Below the pieces are notes generated by a model that was not told where the DNA came from, made no database searches, and saw only the letters and a program-made list of their open reading frames with translations. A DNA stretch of 64,000 nucleotides from an uncultured Candidatus Saccharibacteria bacterium (lineage in GTDB: Bacteria; Patescibacteriota; Minisyncoccia; Phycocordibacterales; PALSA-1337). The stretch is taken from contig CAYQFS010000002.1 in NCBI GenBank assembly GCA_964416985.1, positions 57,155 to 121,154 on the forward strand. Direction: 5' to 3'. Made by a program: the position numbers and the translations under genes. This document shows, one piece after another, positions 53,897 to 64,000 of this stretch (positions are counted from its first letter, which is position 1; each line of letters opens with the position of its first letter).

Positions 53897-56800
53897 CTAG
53901 TACACCTCCTCTTCTCCTAGTGCTGGTTGCACTGTCTCAACCATCTTCTGCTTTGGACTTCCCATGAATCCTGATCCTGCTGGGATGAGGCGACCGATGA
54001 TGACATTTTCCATAAGTCCCACAAGATCATCCTCGCTGCCTCGAATTGCACTGTTGATGAGAACTCGAGTGGTGTGCTGGAATGACGCTGCTGAGAGGAA
54101 GCTCTTTCGCGATAGAGAAACATCTGCAATTCCCATCACCACTTGAGCCGCTTTGGCTGGTTCCTTTCCAGCTTCTTTTGCCTTTGCATTTTCTTCCATA
54201 AGCTGTGCATCATCGACAATCATTCCCTCGGTGAGATTTGTCTCTCCAGGAGTAACAACTTTTCGGCGAGAGAACATCTGTTTTACGATAATCTCAATAT
54301 GTTTCCTTGCTACTGTTTCTCCCTGAAGTTCGTAAATCTTTCCAACTTCGCTGATGACGTAGTTCTTTGCCATTTCCGGACCAGCAAATTCAAACACTTC
54401 GTCAATATCAGCAGATCCGTCAGTGAGGAAATCTCCTTTCTTGACCTTGTCCCCCACTTTAACAAGAGGAACACGCTTGTAGTTGAAGACGTATTCAATT
54501 TCATTGACCGCTTTCTTTCCTTTTGCTCGGTCTTCGAGTTCAGGAACGATCTTAATTGATTTTTCCTTTGCAAGATCTTTTATTTCTGTAATAACTCCGC
54601 TTACCGTAGCAATAACCGCAGGATTCTTTGGTCGTCTCTTTTCAAAGATTTCCTCGACTCGAGGGAGACCCTGAGTGATATCTCCTCCGACCGATGCCGT
54701 TCCTCCGGCGTGGAATGTTCGCATTGTAAGCTGTGTTCCAGGTTCTCCGATCGCCTGACCCGCAACGGTTCCCACTGCCTCTCCGATTTCTACGAGCTTG
54801 TTTCGTCCGAGGTCAATTCCATAACACTGAGCACACACTCCCCGAACGCTCTTACATGAAAGCGGTGATCGAACCTTAACGGCTGTAATTCCAGCCTCTT
54901 CAACCTCGACAGCTTCCTGTTTTGAGAGAAGATGATTCTTCTTGTAAAGTGTTTTTCCATCTGCCGTAACAATATCTTCTGCAATAACACGGCCACGGAT
55001 AGTTTTTGACATAGGAATATTGATTCCTGAAGCTGTCTGCTTGTGAATGACGATTGACTCTTTTGTTCCGCAGTCATCTTCATTAACCATGACATCCTGA
55101 GCAACAACGAAGAGTTTTCGTGTAAGGTATCCTGCCTTCGCAGTGTTCAAGGCTGTATCTGTAAGTCCCTTTCGAGATCCGTGAGTTGTAATGAAGTACT
55201 CGATTGGAGTAAGACCTTCCTTTGAACATGAGAGAATCGGGAATTCGATTGTCTCTCCTGATGTTGACGCAATGAGTCCTTTCATACCCGCCATCTGTGT
55301 AATCTGTGAGAGAGATCCTCGAGCTCCAGATGTAACCATGTCATAGACAGATCCCATCTTGTCGAGTGATCCAGGAATGAGTTTTTCGACATCGTTCTTT
55401 GCCTTGTGCCAAATCTCGATATTTTTTCGAAGACGCTCTTCGTCGGTAAGAAGACCTTCATTGAACTGGTGCATCACTTCATCTGAATGAGTTTTTGCCT
55501 TTGAAATGACATCCTTCTTTCCTTGTGGAATGACAACATCATCAATACCCCATGTTGTTCCTGAGTGTGTAGCATACTTGAATCCAAATTTCTTGACTCC
55601 GTCGAGAATTGCTGGAATTGACTCAACTCCATGAAGTGTAATGAGGTCGTCAATGATAGCTGAAAGTTTTTTTCGGTCGATTTCCTTGTTGATGAAAGGA
55701 TAATCGATCGGAAGCATGTCATTGAAGAGAATTCGTCCAACAGTTGTCTCAAATATTTTTCCTTCAAACTGAGCGAGTTTCTTGCTTTCATTTGGAAGAA
55801 TCTTTATCTTTGCTCGGTACGTTACTTCTCCAAAGTTCTGGGCAATAACTGCGGCTTCAGGAGATTCAAAAATCTTTCCTTCTCCCTTTTCTCCTTCAAC
55901 TGTCTTTGTAATCCAGAAACATCCAAGCACGATATCGAGAAGTTTTGCGACCACTGTAGGATCTCCGTTTCCTGGCTTCAAAATGTTCTTGTCAGCTGCC
56001 ATGATTTCCTTTGCTTCGAGCTGGGCTTCAACTCCAAGAGGAACGTGGACGGCCATCTGGTCTCCGTCAAAGTCAGCGTTGAAAGCAGTACAGACGAGAG
56101 GGTGAACCTGGATCGCATTTCCTTCAATCAAAACTGGTCGGAAAGCCTGAATACCAAGTCGGTGAAGTGTTGGTGCTCGGTTAAGAAGCACGTATTTTCC
56201 TTCAATCACCTCTTCGAGAATTTCCCACACCTCCTTTGCTCCGTCGTCAATGAGTCGTCCTGCTCCGCGAATGTTGTAGGCAAGTTCCCTCTTCAAAAGT
56301 CCTGAGATGACGAATGGTCGGAAAAGTTCAAGAGCCATGTGCTTTGGAAGTCCACACTGGTCGAGAGCAAGTTCAGGTCCAACGACGATTACAGATCGTC
56401 CTGAATAGTCTACTCGCTTTCCAAGGAGATTCTGTCGGAAAAGTCCTCTCTTTGATTTGAGGTTGTCTGAAAGAGACTTGAGGGCGCGCTTTTGGGCCTG
56501 AGCTGCGGCGGCACCCGTAGCTGATCCGTGTCGGATAGAGTTGTCGATAAGGGCATCAACAGCTTCCTGGAGAATTCTTTTCTCATTTCGGAGAATAACA
56601 TCCGGAGCCGCAATTTCCTTCAATTTCAAAAGTCGATTGTTTCGGTTGATGACTCGTCGGTAGAGGTCGTTAATGTCTGATGTAGCATATCGTCCTCCGT
56701 CGAGAGCAACCATTGGTCGCAATGCTGGAGGAATGACAGGGATTCGTGTGAGGAACATCCATTCAGGTCGGATTTCTGACTTAATCATTGATCTGACAAG

Positions 56801-57580
56801 TGAGAGTCGCTTTGCAAGCTTATCTTTCTCGAGTGATCCTGCCTTCTCAAGCTCCTTTTCTAGATCAGCCGCAAGTTTCCTCAAATCCGTCTTCTTTAGA
56901 ATTTCAAAAATTGCTTCTGCTCCAATTCCTGCTTCAAAGAGGGCTCCGTACTTCATCGAATACTTGTGGAATTGAACTTCATCCATCACAAATCCTGGAA
57001 CGATCGATTCAATCTCTCGTCGTGCATTCATGACAAGTTCCTTCAAAGCTTCCTTTGTCTTGTCGTCCTGAGCTGCCTTTACCTTTGTCTTGTATTCACT
57101 ATCAAGCTCCTTCATGAATTTCTGCTTCTCTTCATCGTGCACTTTTGTAACGATGTATCCGGCAAAATACACTACCTTTTCGAGATCTCCTGTCGACATT
57201 CCCATGACAAGGCCGATTCTCGATGGCATTGATCGCAAGAACCAGATGTGAGAGACCGGTGTTGCAAGCTCGATGTGTCCCATTCTCTCTCGTCGTACAA
57301 TTGATCGTGTGATTTCTACTCCGCACTTTTCACAGATGATTCCTTTGTATCGGATTCCTCTGTACTTTCCACAGTAACACTCATAGTCACGGTCAGGCCC
57401 GAATATTTTTTCATCGAAAAGTCCGCTCTTCTCAGATCTCTGAGTTCGGTAGTTGATCGTTTCCGGCTTTGTGATTTCTCCGAATGACCACTCGAGAATC
57501 TTGTCAGGTGAAGCTACACCGAGCTTTACGATATCAAAATCAAGAGGTTCAATATGCTTTTTTGGGTTTATTTGGTTCAT
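53897..57580 (-). CDS. rpoC: DNA-directed RNA polymerase subunit beta' (compact, 1227 aa)
   Basis: Zinc-binding [20 protein letters not shown], the catalytic [15 protein letters not shown], and trigger-loop/bridge-helix regions. Confidence 0.95.
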   Translation of the reverse strand: [1227 protein letters not shown]

Positions 57581-57605
57581 ATATTTTGGTTATTGATTTT
57601 GATAA

Positions 57606-60600
57606 TTATTCCGCATCAGTTTCGACATCGCCTTTTCTGATAAGTTCGACATCAAGCGCTAGTCCTCGAAGTGACTTCAAGAGCACGTTGAATGATGCAG
57701 GAAGGTTTGGCTGCTTCAAGCGTTCACCCTTAACAATAGAGTCGAATGCCTGAGAACGTCCCTGAATATCATCAGACTTGATAGTAAGAATTTCGCGGAG
57801 AGTATATGCAGCACCGTGACCGAGAAGCGCCCAGACTTCCATTTCTCCAAATCTCTGACCTCCACCTTGTGCCTTTCCTCCGAGAGGCTGCTGAGTAATG
57901 AGAGAGTAAGGACCGATAGATCGCATGTGGATCTTGTCCTCGACCATGTGGTGAAGTTTCAAAATGTACATGTAACCAACTGCAACTGGCTGGTCAAAAT
58001 ATTCTCCAGTTCGTCCATCTCGAAGTTTCATTTTTCCTGACTGGTCAAATCCCGCTTTGACGAGCTCTTCTTTAATTTCAACATCAGTAGCTCCGGTAAA
58101 TGGAGGAACAATGGCCTGGTAGTTAAGAGTGTTTGCCGCAAGTCCGAGGTGGAGCTCGAGAATCTGTCCGAGGTTCATACGAGATGGAACTCCGAGTGGT
58201 GTAAGGATGACATCAACAGGTCGTCCGTCTTCCATGTATGGCATTTCTTCTTCTGGAAGGATTTTTGAAATAACTCCCTTGTTTCCGTGTCGTCCTGCAA
58301 GCTTGTCTCCGACAGATACATTTCGAAGTTCAGCGACTTCAATATAAATTTTCTTGATGATTCCAGATTCAAGCTTGTCTCCCTTCTCTCGTGAGAAAAC
58401 TTTGACAGAAATAACTCGTCCTCTCTTTCCTCCTTCCATTCTCTTTGACGTATCTTTAACATCTCGAGCCTTTTCACCGAAAATAGATCGGAGAAGTCGC
58501 TCTTCTGGAGTGAGCTGAGTTTCTCCCTTTGGAGAAATTTTTCCGACAAGAATGTCTCCTGGTCGAACTTCTGCTCCTACTCTGACAATTCCGTCTTCTG
58601 CAAGGTTCTTAAGCTTTGCTTCTCCGACATTTGGAATATCGCATGTTGTAACTTCAGGACCGAGCTTTGTATCTCGAACGTTAATTACAAACTCTTCAAT
58701 GTGAATAGAGCTGAACTTGCTATTCTTTACAACTCGCTCTGAAAGGATGATAGCATCCTCGTAGTTGTTTCCAGACCATGACATGAAAGCCACGAGCATG
58801 TTTTGTCCGAGGGCAATTTCTCCACCGTCTGATGTTGATGTATCAACAAGAACATCTCCTTTCTTTACTTTGTCTCCAAGGTTTACGATCGGTCGCTGGT
58901 GGAATGCGGTAAATCCGTTTGTTCGGGAGAAATGGATGAGAGAATATTCATGCTTCTTTCCGCTCTTTTTTCCATGAAGAACGACTTTTCTTGAGTCGAG
59001 AGCTACGATTTCTCCATCTTCAGGAGCACAAATAATTCGTCCTGTATCAATTACAGCTTTCTTTTCAATACCTGTCGCAACAAGAGGAGCTTCGGGAATG
59101 AGACAAGGGGTTGCCTGCTTCTGCATGTTTGATCCCATGAGTGCTCGGTTTGCATCGTCGTGGTTTAGGAATGGAATGAGAGATGTTGCAATAGAGAAAG
59201 CCTGGTTTGTAGAAACGTCGATATAATCAACATCAGTTCCCTTTGCGAGACCTGGCTTTCCATTGATTCGAACTTCTACTTCTCCTTCTGTAATTTTTCC
59301 TGACTTATCATACGGAATAGCCGCGTGAGCAATTCGGTAATTTTCCTCCTCAAACGCATTCATATATACAATCTCTCCAGTAACCTTTCCATCCTTGACC
59401 TTTGCATAGGGAGTTTCGATCATTCCGAAGTCATTGATCCGCGCAAATGTTGAAAGTCGAAGTACGAGACCAATGTTTGGTCCTTCTGGTGTATGGATTG
59501 GGCAGAGTCGTCCGTAGTGAGATGGATGAACGTCTCGCACTTCAAAGCCTGCTCGCTCTCGAGTAAGTCCTCCCGGTCCGAGTGCTGTGAGCGTTCGGAG
59601 GTGTTCAAGCTCTGTGAGGACGTTTTCCTGCTGCATGAAGTTGGAGAGCTGGTTTGTGGTAAAGAATTCCTTGATTCGGGCCTGAAGAGGTCGTGGAAAT
59701 ACGAAGTTGACAGGAAGTGTGACATCCGGCTCAACAGTCGACATCTTGTCCTGAATATTTCGCTTCATCTGAGTCATACCAACTCGGAATTTCTGCTGGA
59801 GAAGTTCTCCGACGTATCGCACTCGTCGTGATCCGAGATGGTCAATGTCGTCCTCAACTGCTTCCGGAGTATTGTTCAAAAGAACAATGTGAGAAATAAT
59901 AGTTGCAATATCGTCTGCAGAAACTGTTTTTCGTGCGAGATCTTTTTCCTCCATCGATTTCTCAAATCGCTTGTTAAATCGGAATCGTCCCACTGGTGAA
60001 AGATCGTATCGATCAGGATTAAAAATGCTTCCGATGAATTCTCGTGCGTTATCTGCTGTCGCAAGGTCTCCGTCTCGAAGTCTTTTGTGGATTTCTATAT
60101 ATGCGTCATCAACAGTCTTTGCATGATCCTTTGCGAGAGTAAGTTCGATGGTCTTCAGTGCGAGTTCATTTCCCTTGAAAAATGCGAGGATTTCTTCGTT
60201 TGTCTTTGCGCCAAGGATGCGAAGAAGAGACGTAATTGGGAATTTTCTCTTTCGGTCAATTCGAGCGTAAATTGTGCCGTCGGTATCAGATTCAATTTCC
60301 ATCCAAACTCCTCGAGCAGGAATTACCTTTGCTCCAAAGAAGTTTTTGCCCTTGAGTTCGTTCAGTGTGAAGAAAATACCGAATGATCGTGCGAGTTGAG
60401 GAACAATCACTCGCTCGATACCATTGATGATGAATGTTCCGTGATCTGTCATCAAAGGAAAATCAGCGAGGAACATTTCCTGCTCTTTTACTGCATCAAG
60501 CAATTTATTCTTGAGCTTTACTTTAACCTTGATCTGGCCTTCGTATGAAAGCTTGTTGACCTTGGCATAGTGCTCGTCATACTTTGGCTTTGAAAGTTCA

Positions 60601-60785
60601 AAGCTAGTGAATGAGAGCTCGAATTTCTTTTCAGCGTAGTCCTTGATCGGAGAAAATTCCTTGAGGACTTCCGCGATGCCTTTTTCTACGAGCCAGTTGA
60701 ATGACGTCGACTGTGACTCGACAAGGTTCGGCATTGCTGTGAGGTTCTCCTTGAAACGGCTGAAATACTTTTTGGTCGTTTGCAT
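57606..60785 (-). CDS. rpoB: DNA-directed RNA polymerase subunit beta (compact, 1059 aa)
   Basis: Conserved beta blocks throughout (e.g. [41 protein letters not shown]). It is followed 25 nt later by rpoC. Confidence 0.95.
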   Translation of the reverse strand: [1059 protein letters not shown]

Positions 60786-61038
60786 CTGTATGTTTATAAA
60801 AATTAATAATTACCTACTTATTGCGTGCGGATTGACCTAAACCTTTTTCCTCCAGGAAAACACTCAAAAACACAAAATAACGCTTGTCAATAGCGTTTTC
60901 GTTCTCTAGCGGGCGGTTAGAGTTTTGAGTTGCAAGAGGAGGATTAGTTTTGAGCCTTATAATCCTTCACATTCGGGCGTAACACAATCTTGCGAAGTTG
61001 GTGCTTAGACTATCAGATTGGAGAAAGAAGTCAAGCAA

Positions 61039-61350
61039 TTAAAGCAAATTTTCTGGCCATTTAAACTTAATTTTAGTTTTAGCTTTTTTATTCATCTCCT
61101 CGAGATTGTCTTTTACCATAATCATATTTTCTCTCAGAATGACAATGTCCCCTTTCATACTACCTACGTCTGTTGTAGCCCTCCTTACATCAAGAGCTAC
61201 TTCAGCTACCTGAACTGATACATGAGCAATCTGTTCTTGGTGACTGTCGAGGGTTTCATCGATTCTGTCGAATCTCTTGTCCACATGTTTAAACCTTCCA
61301 TCCAACCCCTCTCTAAATTTTGTAAAATATTTTGGCTCTTGTTCATTCAT
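61039..61350 (-). CDS. Hypothetical coiled-coil protein (103 aa) occupying the position where rplL usually precedes rpoB
   Basis: Intact ORF with predicted helical/coiled-coil composition. It is not L7/L12. Confidence 0.4.
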   Translation of the reverse strand: MNEQEPKYFTKFREGLDGRFKHVDKRFDRIDETLDSHQEQIAHVSVQVAEVALDVRRATTDVGSMKGDIVILRENMIMVKDNLEEMNKKAKTKIKFKWPENLL

Positions 61351-61454
61351 GATAATTTTATTAGTTTTTATAATGAATAAATTTTATGCTTATGAAAAAT
61401 TATATGCAATGGCAAAATCAACAAAAATTTGATTTCTTCTTCATTTCAACTGCG

Positions 61455-62438
61455 TTAACGGTGGAAAAGTTGTGTAGAAGTCGATACTGCTGTTCCATTC
61501 TTATCAGCTCTAATAGGGATTGATACGTAAGCTATTTTTATTTGGCCACCATCATCTTTCTCGATTTGCATTTTCACCGCCATTCCATTCATAGTCGCTT
61601 CTGAAAAATATTGGTCAAATGCAAAGTTGCCGAGAGAATAGAATATTTTCTTTCCTTTGTATTCCTCTGTGTCCCCAATGACATGCGGATGAGCGCCGAT
61701 AACTGCATCTGCTCCGTGATCAATGAACTGATGCGCCCAGTTTTGCATTTTTTCTGTCGGTTCCTTTTGATATTCAACTCCCCAGTGTGGAGAAACAATG
61801 AGAACGTCTGTTTGAGTCCTGAGAGTATCTATTTCCGAAAGTATGTGATCAAAGTTTTTGTAACCAAATTCATGAAAACCAACAAAGCCAATACTGATGC
61901 TGTTCTTTGCAGTAATGATACTTGTCTCAACAGTATTGTCAGGATCACCATAATAGAACATCCCCGCATCACGAATATACTTTCGAGTCATCGCCATTCC
62001 CTCCTGCCCAAAATTCTGCGTGTGATTATTTGCCAGCCCCAATATATCAAAGCCGAGACTAGCGAGCTTCGGTGCAAGTTTCGGATCAAAGGTAAATGTT
62101 AGATCTTTATTTTCAAGACTTGCTGTAATCGATGGATAAGTAGTAAATGGTCCTTCGAGATTTCCCACTGCAATGTCTGCATTCGAGACTGCATCCTTTA
62201 CCCCTGCAAAAAACTTTTCGAATCCATCTTTATCTATTTTGTTTCTCACATTTCGATCAAGCATAATATCCCCGACAACAAGAACTGAAAGCTCTGCGTG
62301 TGGTTTTATAAATGAAAAAGGAGAAAAGAAACTTGTGTCGCTTGAAAAACGAGAGAGAAGAAAAAAGATCCCGACAAGCAAAAAGAGAATGATTGCTACG
62401 GCGATGCTTTTACTGCTGTTGTTTTCTCCACTCATCAA
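61455..62438 (-). CDS. CapA/PgsA-family metallophosphoesterase-fold protein, TM-anchored
   Basis: VGNLEGPFT ... GFDILGLANNHTQNFG ... VSPHWGVEY ... GADAVIGAHPHVI are CapA (PGA_cap) hallmarks. Confidence 0.75.
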   Translation of the reverse strand: MMSGENNSSKSIAVAIILFLLVGIFFLLSRFSSDTSFFSPFSFIKPHAELSVLVVGDIMLDRNVRNKIDKDGFEKFFAGVKDAVSNADIAVGNLEGPFTTYPSITASLENKDLTFTFDPKLAPKLASLGFDILGLANNHTQNFGQEGMAMTRKYIRDAGMFYYGDPDNTVETSIITAKNSISIGFVGFHEFGYKNFDHILSEIDTLRTQTDVLIVSPHWGVEYQKEPTEKMQNWAHQFIDHGADAVIGAHPHVIGDTEEYKGKKIFYSLGNFAFDQYFSEATMNGMAVKMQIEKDDGGQIKIAYVSIPIRADKNGTAVSTSTQLFHR

Positions 62439-63054
62439 TCAATTTGTGATTACCTGAAAGAAGGATCTTCGGCACTCGATACTTTTTTCCCTTATATTCT
62501 ACTACTTCTGGGCGTGTATAGACATCGGGTGATGCGATACGGCTTTCCTCAAGCGAAGCATGGTCCCCGAGCACCCCTTTTATTTGTCGTGAAATTGTAT
62601 CGATGAGAATCATTGCCGGAAGTTCTCCTCCAGTAAGGACAAATGGCCCGATCGAAATTTCCTCGACTTTAAAAGCCTTTTTTACTCGTGCATCTATTCC
62701 CTCGTACCTTCCGCAGATGATAATGATGTCTTTGCTTTTTTTGGCAAAGGTCTGTGCGAGTTCTGTCGTGAACTGTTTTCCAGATGGGGTAAGCCAGATA
62801 ATTCGTGCATCTTTCTTTCCTTTGGCTTTTGCAATTGCCTTAATCACTGGCAAGGCTTCGATGACCATTCCTGGTCCTCCACCATACGGCTTGTCATCAA
62901 CTCTTCGGTCAGCGTAGCTAGTTCCCTTCGAAAAATCGCGAGGGTTATAAAATTTGACCTTTATCTTCTTGTCTTCAATGGCGCGCTTCAAAATGGACTC
63001 CCCGAGATAGGAGTCAAAGGCGGTTGGGAAAAGGGTGATGATGTGGAAATTCAT
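62410..63054 (-). CDS. trmD: tRNA (guanine37-N1)-methyltransferase TrmD
   Basis: MNFHIITLFP ... GGGPGMV ... ICGRYEGIDARV ... VLTGGELPAMILIDTISR is the SPOUT/TrmD signature. Confidence 0.9.
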   Translation of the reverse strand: MNFHIITLFPTAFDSYLGESILKRAIEDKKIKVKFYNPRDFSKGTSYADRRVDDKPYGGGPGMVIEALPVIKAIAKAKGKKDARIIWLTPSGKQFTTELAQTFAKKSKDIIIICGRYEGIDARVKKAFKVEEISIGPFVLTGGELPAMILIDTISRQIKGVLGDHASLEESRIASPDVYTRPEVVEYKGKKYRVPKILLSGNHKLIDEWRKQQQ

Positions 63055-63163
63055 AATTGTGATAATAACATAAATTTAATAATATGTAAATATAAGGGTT
63101 CAGAAACTTTCACTAATTGACATTAGCTATGATATATGATACTATACGTTTATTAGTGATTCT

Positions 63164-63580
63164 TTGAAAACATCAACCGCCGTAAGGCAAGTAGAATACA
63201 GTGAGCACAAACCTATGAAGCCCTCTAATTTCGCAAACCTTTCTGTTAACACTGACTGGCTGTTTCGAGCGCTACCACCCACAGCAGTCATCACGGTTCC
63301 TTTGAAACCTGACACCACACGTCGACACGACGAACCTTGGATTCAGGAACGTATTTGGTCAGATGATCAATTCGGTGAAATCAAGGATGGCTGTGTTCGA
63401 GAACGTCCATCATCACGTACCATCCTGATTGGTGGATGCCACTTTGAGCAAAAGGATCGTGCACGTATTATCGCCACCTACGAAAAGAATGGGTGGTACG
63501 GCGAAGACATGAGTGAAACCCCTGAACGAGAAGCTTACACTCTCTTACGCCGGCGCCCAAAGACTGCACCGTCCAGTTAA
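63164..63580 (+). CDS. Hypothetical protein (138 aa; alternative start at 63215), GC-elevated gene with its own consensus promoter
   Basis: TTGACA-N17-TACTAT at 63119-63147. The ORF has about 49% GC. No recognisable domain. Confidence 0.4.
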   Translation: MKTSTAVRQVEYSEHKPMKPSNFANLSVNTDWLFRALPPTAVITVPLKPDTTRRHDEPWIQERIWSDDQFGEIKDGCVRERPSSRTILIGGCHFEQKDRARIIATYEKNGWYGEDMSETPEREAYTLLRRRPKTAPSS

Positions 63581-63706
63581 GCTCTATCGGACACAATGTT
63601 CCCTTTCAATCCCAAGGCAGAAATGCTGCGGGATTTTTTATTTCCTGGTTGATGTAGTCTTTGAGAGATTGCGGGCGGATGAGGGATGCGAGGGGTTCCA
63701 TAAGTT

Positions 63707-64000
63707 TTATTGAGGTCTACCAACACTCGAATCTATCTTGGACAATAATTTATTCGACAGCTCAATTAACTTTGGGTTTGTTTTATTTACATCCAGCTCA
63801 AGAAATCTAATAAAATCTTCTTTTGCAAGTATGTAGTCTGCCTTGCCTTTATAATTAATCAAACCCCTGAAGAACCGCAGTTGAATCAAGTCTGGCCTAC
63901 TTTCAATCTCTTCAGAAAGAAAGATGTCAATATCATTTAAGGTTCCGATTGGTAAAGTGCCATGAAATGCTTTTTTGTAGGCCTCTAAAGCACTATCAAT
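63707..64000 (-). CDS. Hypothetical protein, 3' portion only (gene continues beyond window end)
   Basis: The minus-strand frame is open from the window edge (… IDSALEAYKKAFHGTLPIGTLNDIDIFLSEEIE …) to the stop at 63707. The Met in the ORF track is an internal TTG. Confidence 0.4.
   Translation of the reverse strand: MDSALEAYKKAFHGTLPIGTLNDIDIFLSEEIESRPDLIQLRFFRGLINYKGKADYILAKEDFIRFLELDVNKTNPKLIELSNKLLSKIDSSVGRPQ

Noticed and set aside
1-64000. Alternative genetic code (UGA reassignment as in some candidate phyla)
   Set aside because: Standard-code translation yields full-length RpoB, RpoC, helicase, aaRS and other proteins. Their stops coincide with terminators or next-gene starts, so there is no evidence of in-frame UGA read-through.
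1-64000. CRISPR arrays, insertion sequences, prophage or integrative elements
   Set aside because: No direct-repeat/spacer arrays, no transposase, integrase or recombinase ORFs, no tRNA genes or flanking direct repeats. The GC-elevated genes are single transcription units without mobility genes.

Overview
This 64 kb window reads as a gene-dense stretch of a low-GC (about 40%), reduced bacterial chromosome. There is no recognisable mobile element, CRISPR array or tRNA gene in it. Most native genes lack a Shine-Dalgarno sequence, and several start 5-7 nt after an extended -10 box (TGnTAnnnT), which suggests leaderless mRNAs. Other lineage traits are a bacterial-type AspRS that lacks the GAD insertion domain, a sigma-70 with a lysine-rich N-terminal tail, compact RpoB/RpoC, and solute-binding proteins anchored by an N-terminal TM helix rather than a lipobox. 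Together these are compatible with a CPR/Patescibacteria-like genome, but I cannot confirm the taxon from sequence alone.

Housekeeping content, in order along the window:
- dnaK (5' truncated by the window edge) and a DnaJ without a zinc finger, separated by two small minus-strand genes.
- trpS and aspS, then two tandem paralogous alpha/beta hydrolases, a standalone NIF3-insert PII-like domain protein, and a CsaA-type tRNA-binding protein.
- scpA/scpB, ftsW, murG, gltX, an M23 peptidase, rpmA, rplI, a CtpA-type protease and cysS.
- A Liv-type ABC transporter with three TM-anchored solute-binding-protein paralogs and two interleaved TrmB-family regulators.
- A type IV pilus locus: pilB, pilC, a 448-aa LVIVD beta-propeller pilin, a 51-aa-mature helix-only pilin, a pilin-like protein and a 135-aa unknown.
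- typA, truB, hisS, then a DEDD exonuclease / YgjP (DUF45) zincin / DinB trio and a DsbA-like protein.
- A single-chain UvrD-helicase plus PD-(D/E)xK nuclease, the dnaG-rpoD operon, an NYN-domain protein, rpoC, rpoB, a CapA-family protein and trmD.

The less ordinary observations:
- Three candidate non-coding RNA loci, each with its own promoter and intrinsic terminator: about 495 nt at 8528-9022 (RNase P RNA-like motifs in collinear order), about 100 nt at 17151-17251, and about 135 nt at 30000-30135.
- Four single- or two-gene blocks of elevated GC (about 50-55%), each in its own transcription unit. They encode a divergent adenylate-kinase-family protein, a Cys-rich unknown protein behind a 192-nt structured leader, a class II dihydroorotase that (unlike neighbours) has an SD, and a PEP-CTERM (exosortase-sorted) secreted protein. 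These look laterally acquired.
- The pilus locus combines a beta-propeller-bearing pilin and a helix-only pilin, which reads like a candidate adhesive or host-attachment apparatus.

All CDS start coordinates are my best choice among in-frame candidates, not verified.
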